From Rhizophagus irregularis (Eukaryota), in the NCBI RefSeq assembly GCF_026210795.1, contig NC_089435.1, forward strand, positions 1,488,001 to 1,552,000: 64,000 nt of DNA, in the 5' to 3' direction. A program made the translations under genes and the position numbers. Positions 27,466-37,535 of the stretch are shown here, in pieces. Every line of letters starts with the position of its first letter. Position 1 is the stretch's first letter. A model generated the notes under the pieces. It saw only the letters and a list, made by a program, of their open reading frames with translations. It was not told where the DNA came from and made no database searches.

Positions 27466-28374
27466 CTATTGATTATAGGAACCCGAAGAATTAGCCGATC
27501 TCAGAAGATTAGCATAATTATTACTTTCATATGAATTAGTATTCCTCACAGATGGCATTGAAATCTCAGTATTGTTGAAAGGGGGTGTGTTGTTAAATGG
27601 AGGCGTATTATCAGGTTGAGGTGTATATATGTAATTGGAAGGAGGAGTTTTAGGCAATTTCTCATCATCGATAATAATTGAATAGTCCTCGTTCGATGCA
27701 AGAAGTCTCTCAAGTTCCTCTTGCTGTTTAGTAATTCTTCTAAGTTTATTATTTTTATAAAGGTGCAAACGGATGGTACATTCAGTAATTTCAGCGAGGC
27801 CGTCATTTATTTCTAGCTCTATTTCAGCTTCCTCAGCATACTTTGGCGTTATCTTTCCCTTGCTTTTTAAACCATTATTATCAAGGGTATAATTCATTTC
27901 TACTTTATAATGAGTGAGAACGTTACGCCACTTGAGTTTCCAATTGGCAGTTGGGTTATCAGTGGCATTATATTTATCGAACAATTGTTTAAAAGCTTCA
28001 GAAAATCTTTCTGAACGACGTTTTGCTTCTTCCTCGATCAAATAATTACCCACCAAGTAACTGATGGTATTAATAATTGTTATAATGGAAGGAGCAAGAA
28101 CACCGCCTAAAAGTGAAACGGCTAAGATAATAAACAGAATCAAAATAAGGGTAATAGCGGCGAAAGCATATAAAAGACCCTTTTTCGCTCTTTCACTCAG
28201 TAGTGGGTTTGCAGTGACTATTCTATTAATTTCTTCAAGACGAACATCTAATTCCTCCCTGTCAATATAACCATGCATGTCAAGACACCATTCTGTTTCA
28301 AAATAAAACCTTGGCGTAAAATAATTACAGTCAAAAGTACCTTCTTCTCTAAGACGATTTAATAATATTTTCAT
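27466..28374 (-). CDS. Uncharacterised membrane protein, 302 aa, two adjacent hydrophobic helices, Pro/Asn/Ser-rich tail
   Basis: Long ORF with higher GC than its flanks. Hydrophobic hairpin GLLYAFAAITLILILFIILAVSLLGGVLAPSIITIINTISYLV flanked by GYIDREELDVRLEEIN and FDKYN..WKLKW. Only loosely reminiscent of ERF4/CHIC-type proteins. Confidence 0.75.
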   Translation of the reverse strand: MKILLNRLREEGTFDCNYFTPRFYFETEWCLDMHGYIDREELDVRLEEINRIVTANPLLSERAKKGLLYAFAAITLILILFIILAVSLLGGVLAPSIITIINTISYLVGNYLIEEEAKRRSERFSEAFKQLFDKYNATDNPTANWKLKWRNVLTHYKVEMNYTLDNNGLKSKGKITPKYAEEAEIELEINDGLAEITECTIRLHLYKNNKLRRITKQQEELERLLASNEDYSIIIDDEKLPKTPPSNYIYTPQPDNTPPFNNTPPFNNTEISMPSVRNTNSYESNNYANLLRSANSSGSYNQ

Positions 28375-29939
28375 ATTGAAGTATGACTTTCTGGTAAATT
28401 TATTATTTGTGGAAAGATATTTTTAATAAATTCAAATAGAATGAAAGTATTATTTTGTAATGAAATATTCGAATTGCAGGAAAAAAAAAAAAAAAAATTT
28501 TATATTATTTGATTTATTTTTTTGTAATTTCATACCTTTTAAAATAAGTCTTTATATAATTGGTAAAAATAAATCACGTGAATTATTGTACAACAATGTA
28601 TGCAAATCGAACGATTTTTGTTTATTTGATTGACATCATACGATGAAACAATTGAAACATCCAATTATTAACGATAGAATGAAATTGACTAAAATGGATA
28701 TAAGAAAAAAAATCATACCACTTTTTCTTTAGAATTTACAAATAAGTACTTACATCATTAATATTAAAATTCGCTGAACGCCGTACAAACTATTCGGATT
28801 AAACGCTTCGAACTATTCAAAGACTATGACTCAAAAAACGTTTAGGCTTCTTAACAATATTCCTTAAAATATAAAAATAAACGCAAATTAAAACTTTAAT
28901 TAAAATGATAAGAATTATTTTAATGGTGATTTTGATTTATTATTTTATTAAAACATTTTTTCGTTCAAAAACACAAATAAAATGGATCCCATTATCTCAA
29001 ATAAAATATTTAAAAGAAATGGCAAGATGAAATTTCAGCATTATACTATATATCAAGCTATTTGGAAAGATAAAACGGCTGTGTAAAGAAATTTTCAAAT
29101 TCAAAGGATTTCTTTAATTAAGGTGTGTACTGTACTGCTGTAATTATTATTTTTCTTGTAAATGTATTATTAAACTAGGAAACAAACGGTAGAGTCCGGA
29201 GTGCACAAGCAGACTTCTCACGTGATCTTATTAATGATTACTATGTGTAGTCCCTTCGTTACACTCCAGACAAAACATTACCGTCTAGCATTGCGTATAG
29301 TATCTTCCTCTTCACTTTAAAAGATCCAGTATTTTATTAGATACTTATGCATAATTCTGGTTAAATTATATTGCACCCTCATATAATACCCAGATTCTTA
29401 CAAGATATCTCAATTTTAAACCAGATTTTTTGTATGAATCTGGATATTTTAACTATTTTATGCGGTGCTAAGTGAGTAACGTAAAATTACTATTTTAGGT
29501 CCCCTTATATAAAATACAGAAAATAATATAATGAGATTGCTAAATGTCACCTGGGCGATCATCGGCCTGGGTTTTTTTTTTCAAGTATGTCACAATTGTC
29601 ACATGATGCACAATATATAGAGTAAATTTATTAATCGGCTGATGGCTGATTGTTTTAACTTAGCTAATTTTTGATCGGTTAAACTTAAAATTTTATTGCG
29701 ATGTTTTTAAAAAATTTTTTGCAAACATATTTTAACTCAAAATAATCTTATTTAATGAAATTTTATTTGCAAATTTAAGTCACACATTTTCGATTTTAAA
29801 GAAAAAAATCACCATATTTATTTTTAATGAAGATATAAATAAAAAAAACAACAATAAATAAAAAAGATAAGTAAATTATAATGATCAAAGAGTAAGATGC
29901 TAATAAAAATGAAATAACAATGGAGTAATGGAAAGTAAT

Positions 29940-30430
29940 AGAAGATGAGAAGTGATAGGAAACAAAAAGGAGAAATAGGACATGATGGGAGATAAAAAGG
30001 AGTGATAGGAAACGAAAAGAAGTGATGGGAGACGAAGAGGAGTGATGGGAGATGAAAGGAGTGATGAGAGACGAAAAGAAGTGATGGGAGACAAAAAGAA
30101 GTGATGATAGACAAAAAGTAATGATGGGAGACGAAAAGGAGTGATGAGAGACGAAAAGAAGTGATTGGAGACGAAAAGGAGTGATGGGAGACGTAAAGGA
30201 GTGATGAGAGACGAAAAGAAGTGGTGGGAGACGAAAAGGAGTGATGAGAGACGAAAAGGAGTAATGGGAGACGAAAAGGAGTGATGGGAGACGAAAGAAG
30301 TGATGAGGAGTGATGGGAGACGAAAGGAAGTGATGAGAGACAAAAAGAAATGATGGGAAGTAAACAGGAGAGAAAAAGAAATAATGTAAAATGAAAAGAT
30401 GTAATAGAAATAATGGGAGACGAATAATGA
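29940..30430 (+). repeat. Purine-rich minisatellite, ~20-21-bp unit (GGGAGACGAAAAGGAGTGAT)
   Basis: About 20 tandem degenerate copies. It explains the three overlapping low-complexity minus-strand ORFs. Confidence 0.9.
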
Positions 30431-30871
30431 GAAGTAATATGAGGTGAAAAATGATGTGAGATAAAAGAATAAAAAAATGATCATGATAGGAGGTTGGGTA
30501 ATGATAGGAAACCAAGTAAAAAATAAACCATAAAGTAAAAAAAAATGAAGTTAGTAAGAAACGAAATATAAGATAAAAACGAAATAAAAAAAACAAATAA
30601 AAAATAAAAAAGCATACCTTTATTAATTTTAGAACTGAAAGAACTAAAATATCTAAAAAAAAATGAAATAAAATTAGTTTATTGTAGAACCGAAAGGAAC
30701 CGAGGAAATGAACCTATACTGAAAACGAGATTCGATAAACAAATAAATATGACGCGATCATGTGGTAAATATAAGGAGTAATGTGAAGTATTTACCAAAA
30801 AAATTTACGTTCCGTACCTTATATAAGTGAAGTAACGTAATAGATCATGTGACTATAGTTTCAATAAATTG

Positions 30872-31076
30872 GCATATCTAAAATCTGTGACAGGTTAGTG
30901 TCGATCACGATGACAAATAACGGTGACAAATAAATTTTTGGCACTAAAAAAATTCCAAGTCCCTCAGATACTTAGTGTTTTTGAACTCGTGGCTGCACGT
31001 GATCAGTGACGCGTAAACATCACTCCTTCCTATTATAGCAAAATCGACACTAAACTGTCACAGATTTGAGATAAGC
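30872..31076. mobile_element. MITE, Mutator(MULE)-like
   Basis: ~34-bp TIR GCATATCTAAAATCTGTGACAGGTTAGTGTCGAT. 9-bp TSD AATAAATTG at 30863-30871 and 31077-31085. Empty site in the duplicate at ~24783. Confidence 0.9.
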
Positions 31077-31521
31077 AATAAATTGTAGTTATTACGTAGA
31101 TGTTTACTTTGTACTGTATAATCATTACTCTGTAAATATTATAATAACCACTTTAGATGTAGTAATTATTGACTGTATATAAAAGATTGTTTTTGCCAAA
31201 CGGTTTTAACGGAAAAATCAAAAAGGTGATATTCAAAACTACCTTTCCACCCAAATAAACCTGCAAAGTAGCATTTACGCATTATCTTTTAGAAGTTTAT
31301 ATATTATGTATTAAGAAATTTTTCTGTTTTCGCAAAGACACAAATAATGAGGCTTGACAATTGACAATTGTCAACACATTCCGGACGTACAAAATTTATT
31401 TGTCATACATGCAATGCTTGTACTTGTGATTATCACCGTATATATATATCCAAACATTTAATAATAATATTTACATTATTTTTTTTTTATTTTTTCCAGA
31501 TTTTAATGCAATTATATAGTA

Positions 31522-34500
31522 ATGGCTCACAGTAATGATAAAGGTAAAAATCAATGTAAATATTTAATATATTTAATACAAATTCTAAAATTTTTAAACA
31601 AATTTGCAATATAATAAAACTAGTTTCCAGTAATACTGAAGAATTTGAAAGAAATAGTACTAAAGAATTAGAAGGAAGTAGTATCAAGGAATTTAAAGAA
31701 AGTAGCACTAACGAATTCGAAGGTAAATATAATATATTATATTTATTTGTTTAATATTTTATAACTCAACTAATTATATTTTTAATATAAATAACTAGAT
31801 TGTAAGTGATACATTTAATTTACAGAGAATACTTTTGTATTATGTCTATATTTAACTAATTAATATTTAATAATACTACAGGGTGTAAGTTATATGTTAT
31901 TTACATTTCTACTATTTATATAATTTAAACTAACTAAATTCTTTATTTAAAAAATTATTTGTAATTTCTTTTAGTTAGTAAGTTATAAGTTACTTATTTA
32001 ATTCTATTATTTGCTTATTGTTATAATATTTACATATAATTAAACTAACTAAATTTTTTATTTAAAAATTATTAAATAATATAGCTTGTAAGTTATTTAT
32101 TTAATTCTATTATTATAATATTTATATGTAATTTAAACTAGCTAAATTCTTTATTTATTGTAATTTCTTTTAGATGGTAAGTTATAAGTTATTTATTTAA
32201 TTCTATTATTACCTATTGTTATAATGTTTACATATAATTTAAACTAACTAATTTCTTTATTTAAAAAATTATTTTATAGATAGTAAGTTATTTATTTAAT
32301 TCTATTATTACTTATTGTTATAATATTTACATGTAATTTAAATTAACTAAATTCTTTATTTATAGATCGTAAGTTATAAGTTATTTAGTTATTTATTATT
32401 ACTTATTGTTACATATAATTTAAACTAAATAATTTCTTTATTAAATATTATTAAATTATAGAGAGTAAGTTATTTATTTAATTTTATATTACTTATTGTT
32501 ATAACATTTACATTTAATTTAAACTAACTAAATTCTTTATTAAAAAATTAATTAAATCATATAGGGAGTAAGTTATTTATTTAATTTCATCATATAATAT
32601 TTACATATAATTTAAACTAACTAAATTCTTTATTTAAAAAAATTATTTAAATAATATAGAGTGTAAGTTATTTATTAATTCTATTATTATTACTTATATT
32701 TACATACTGTATAATTTAAACTAACTAAATTCTGTTTTTAAAAAATTATTTAAATAATATAGTGTGTAAGTTATTTATTTAATTCTATTATTACTACTTA
32801 TTGTTATAATATTTACATACCATATAATTTAAATTAACTAAATTTTTTATTTAAACAATTATTTTGTAATTTCTTTTAGTTAGTAAGTTATAAGTTATTT
32901 GTTTAATTCTATTATTACTTATTGTTATAAAATTTACATATAATTAAACTAACTAAATTCTTTATTTAAAATTATTTTGTAATTTCTTTTAGTTAGTAAG
33001 TTATAAGTTATTTATTTAATTCTATTATTACTTATTGTTATAATATTTACATATAATTTAAACTAACTAAATTCTTTATTTAAAAAATTATTTTATAGGT
33101 GGTAAGTTATTTATTTAATTCTATTATTACTTATTGTTACTATAATATTTACATATAGTAATTTAAACTAAATTCTTTATTTAAAAAATTATTTTATAGG
33201 TGGTAAGTTATTTATTTAATTATATTATTACTTATTGTTATAATATTTACATATAATTTAAACTAACTAAATTCTTTATTAAAAAATCAATTAAATAATA
33301 TAGGGAGTAAGTTTTTTATTTAATTTCATCATTACTTATTGTTATAATATTTATATATAATTTAATCATTACTTATTGTTATAATATTTATATATAATTT
33401 AAACTAACTAAATTCTTTATTTAAAAAATTATTTAAATAATATAGAGTGTAAGTTATTTATTAATTCTATTATACTTATTGTTATAATATTTACATATAA
33501 TTTCAACTAACTAAATTCTGTATTTAAAAAATTATTTAAATAATATAGTTGGTAAGTTATTTATTTAATTCTATTATTACTTATTGTTATAATATTTACA
33601 TACCATATAATTTAAATTAACTAAATTTTTTATTTAAACAATTATTTTGTAATTTCTTTTAGTTAGTAAGATATAAGTTATTTATTTAATTCTATTATTA
33701 CTTATTGTTATAATATTTACATATAATTTAAACTAACTAAATTTTTTATTTACAAAATTATTTTATAGATAGTAAGTTATTTATTTAATTCTATTATTAC
33801 TTATTGTTATAATATTTACATATAATTTAAATTAACTAAATTCTTTATTTACAAAATTATTTTATAGATGGTAAGTTGTTTATATAATTCTATTATTACT
33901 TATTGTTATAATATTTACATACAATTTAAATTAACCAAATTTTTTATTTAAAAAATTATTTTATAGATGGTAAGTTATTTATTTAATTCTATTATTACTT
34001 ATAATTTAAATTAATAAATTCTTTATTTATAGATCGTAAGTTATAAGTTATTTAGTTATTTATTATTACTTTATTGTTATAATATTTACATATAATTTAA
34101 ATTAACTAAATTCTTTATTTAAAAAATTATTTAAATAATATAGGGAGTAAGTTATTTATTTAATTCTATTATTACTTATTGTTATAATATTTACATACCA
34201 TATAATTTAAATTAACTAAATTCTGTATTTAAAAAATTATTTAAATAATATAGGATGTAAGTTATTTATTTAATTCTATTATTACTTATTGTTATAATAT
34301 TTATATATAATTTAAACTAACTAAATTCTTTATTTAAAAAATTATTTAAATAATATAGGGAGTAAGTTATTTATTTAATTCTATTATTACTTATTGTTAT
34401 AATATTTACATATCATATAATTTAAATTAACTAAATTCTTTATTTAAAAAATTATTTAAATAATATAGAGAGTAAGTTATTTATTTAATTCCATCATTAC

Positions 34501-36665
34501 TTATTGTTATAAAATTTACATATAATTTAAACTAACTAAATTCTTTATTTAAATTATTTTGTAATTTCTTTTAGTTGGTAAGTTATAAGTTATTTAATTC
34601 TATTATTACTTATTGTTATAATATTTACATATAATTTGAACTAAATAAATTCTGTATTTAGCATGTAAGTTATTTATTTAATTCTATTATTATATACATA
34701 TAATTTAAACTAATCTAAATTCTTTATTTAATAGATCGTTAGTTACAAGTTATTTACTTAATTCTATTATTACTTATTGTTATATAATTTAAACTAACTA
34801 AATTCTTTATTTGAAAAATTATTTAATAATATAGCTTGTAAGTTATTTGTTATTTCTATTGTATATGTTTATAATATTTATTTGTTAGCTGTATTCTTGA
34901 TTTAAAAATTTCTATTATTTTAGTTGGTAAGTTGAGAAATATAGCTTATTATTATATATATTTATGCAAAAACTAAGACATATATTATCTTAACTTTCTT
35001 ATTTAAATTTTAGAGTAAGTGTTAATTTTAATCATAAATTTTAGTGTAAATTTTATTATAAACTACGATATAATTTTAAGGAATATGTTTTTTTTTGCAC
35101 CTGCGATATGTCACATCTCCCTTTTTTGGTAATTTCTATGTATTAATTATGTCTGATATTTTAATCACATGACTTTGTTAAGATTTTACATTTTTCAAAA
35201 ATCTTGGCTTGAGGCCTTATGCACTTATTACGTACTATAAGAAACCTTATACTATGCGTATTTTTGACCGCTCTACAAGTTTTCTTAATATATCAAAAAG
35301 GATTTAGAATGTCATTTTTGACTTTTATATGTAACATATTATAGGGGTGCGACATAACGCAGGTTAAAAAACAAAACCCTAATTTTAATTATTTAAATTT
35401 ATAGATTTGGAAAAAGTGGAAATACAATTATAGATGAATTTATTCTTGAAAAAAAGTTAAAATGGATTCCTTATAATAAGTTTAAAAATGTTGAATATCT
35501 TAATGAAGGAGGATTTAGTACTATATACAAAGCTATTTGGTTAAAGGATCATGAAGATAAAGAAGTAATTCTTAAATGTCATAATGATTTAAATGGAAAT
35601 TTAATTGAATTTTTAAACGAAGTATGATGATATATTATTTATTTTTTTTAATTTAATTTATAATTTATTAATGTTAATACATTATTATTTTTTATAGTGG
35701 AAATATCATAATAGTTGTTTAGATTCAAACTATATTATTGATTTGTTTGGATTTACAAAGAATCCAGTTACTTTGAAATATATTGTAGTAATGGATTACG
35801 CAAACAAAGGTGATTTAAGAGGAAACTTAACAAGAATAATTGAAAGTGGTTGGAAACAAAAATTAAATATGTTGTATAGTATTATTTCTGGACTTAACAC
35901 TGTACATAAACAAAATCTTATTCATTGTGATTTTCATGATGGCAATATTTTAAATCATGATGAGAGTAAAATTTATGTTAGTGATTTAGGATTATGTCGA
36001 CCTGTAAAATCATTTTTGAAAAAATATGATATTTATGGTGTTGTACCATTTATGGCACCTGAAGTTTCAAGAGGCAAAGCTTATACACCAGCTAGTGATA
36101 TATACAGTTTTTCTATGATTATGTGGGAATTTTCATCTGGAATATCCCCATTTAATAATAGAGCACATGATATTCAACTTAGTTTAAGTATTTGTAGAGG
36201 TGAACGTCCTGAAGTTATTGAAAATACTCCACAATTCTATGTAGATTTGATGAAAAAATGTTGGGATGAAGATTCATTAAAAAGGCCATCTTCTGAGGAA
36301 GTTTTAAACATTATTGGTGGATGGATTTTTCTTCCTTGTATTGAGAAAATTAAAGATATTAATGAAGAATTAAAATGCAATGTTATGGAATTTATAAATG
36401 CACCAATTAGACATAACAATCCTGCTACTGAACCTCACTCACAGGCTTGCTATACAAGTCGCTTACTTGATTTTACTAGTAAAAAATTGAATGAAATTCT
36501 TGAAAGCGAGGATTCACAAGATTTGAATGATTGTATAATCAATGATTTGAAGTCATTAGGTAGTATGTAATATAGAACATAAAAAAAATTAATTTTGCAA
36601 ATTATTTACATGAAATCAATTTTTATTTGTTTAATTATTTAGATATTAAAACGGATGAAAGTTAA
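31522..36665 (+). CDS. TKL-type protein kinase with a microexon-encoded N-terminal region (predicted 38 coding exons)
   Basis: Model: 31522-31543 (MAHSNDK), 31624-31722, 32 x 3-nt exons between 31799 and 34926, a 1-nt exon at 35014, then 35405-35621, 35698-36559 and 36643-36665. All introns are GT-AG and the frame is open throughout. Kinase motifs: EGGFSTIYKA, VILK, HCDFHDGN, SDLG, APE, SDIYSF. The kinase exons are secure; the microexon part is predicted from splice signals. Confidence 0.8.
31723..35014 (+). repeat. Tandem array of ~63-139-nt introns, each followed by a microexon
   Basis: Unit: GTAAGTTATTTATTTAATTCTATTATTACTTATTGTTATAATATTTACATATAATTTAAACTAACTAAATTCTTTATTTAAAAAATTATT..TAG-NNN. 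It contains the donor GTAAGT, the branch point ACTAAC and the acceptor TAG. Confidence 0.92.
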
Positions 36666-37270
36666 CTAATTATTTGTGTTTTTAAAAAGATTTATAGTAT
36701 TTTTTGTGTTATTACATTCAACAGAAATCGTTTTTAGTTTAGATTTATTTAAACACTAAGGCTAGAGTAGTAAAATAATTTACAAGATTCTTAGTTTGTA
36801 ATTTAAATAATTCATTTTTTAAGTATATTTTATCTAAATTTACACATATGTATTCTTTATTATTAGAATTATTTAAACATTAAGGCAGAGCAGTAAATAT
36901 TTTACAAATTTCTTAGTTTGTAATTTAAATAAATCTTTTTTTTATAACTTTTCTAATTATTAAATATAAATCATCAAAACAACATAAGTATATAAACTAT
37001 TTATAATATGTAAAATATAAAAATAAATATGTAAAATTTTTTATATTTATTTCAAGAGCTGATGATATTAATTTTAAAGTAATTGAAATTTCATTAGTAA
37101 ATATATAAATAACAGCATTATATGGGTTAACTTTTATAAATGTAAATCTAAAAAATATTGAATTTAATAGTAGCGACTAAAACGACTAATTGCATGCAAT
37201 TTGTATACATGATTCAATTTTTTTTTGATATTCGAAATATAAAGTTATGCAAAATATTCCGTGTATTGCA

Positions 37271-37535
37271 TAGTGTTCCAAAATGGTGGGTCAAACCCGG
37301 TTATTGACCCGACTCGTATTTAGGGGTTGGGTTGGGTCGCACGATTTGATGACCCATAACCCGCATGAACTCAACCCAACCCGTAGAGTTGGGTTATACC
37401 TTTACTTTGACCCGGCGACCCAAATCTTTTTTTATATTTTTAACTAAAAATTTAATTTTTTTTATATTAAATATAACTTGACGGGTCTAACCCAGGTTAT
37501 CTGAGTCAGACTATAATTGAATCCGGGGAACACAA
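37271..37535. mobile_element. hAT-like MITE related to 42688..44957
   Basis: Starts TAGTGTTCC...GGGTCAAACCCGG, carries GACCCG/AACCC subterminal repeats and ends ~GGAACACAA. TATTGCA lies near both flanks. Confidence 0.6.

Noticed and set aside
29796..30596. Three overlapping minus-strand ORFs (266, 194 and 96 aa)
   Set aside because: Artefacts of the ~21-bp purine-rich minisatellite; low-complexity F/S/L/H translation.
31723..35014. Interpretation as a plain satellite or CRISPR-like array
   Set aside because: The variable part is only 3 nt and is always bounded by AG and GT splice signals, with a branch point upstream. The context is eukaryotic and no cas genes are present.
35743..36570. ORF-track 275-aa kinase as a complete gene
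   Set aside because: It begins at a TTG inside an exon and lacks the N-lobe. The upstream exon 35405-35621 supplies the Gly-loop and catalytic Lys.
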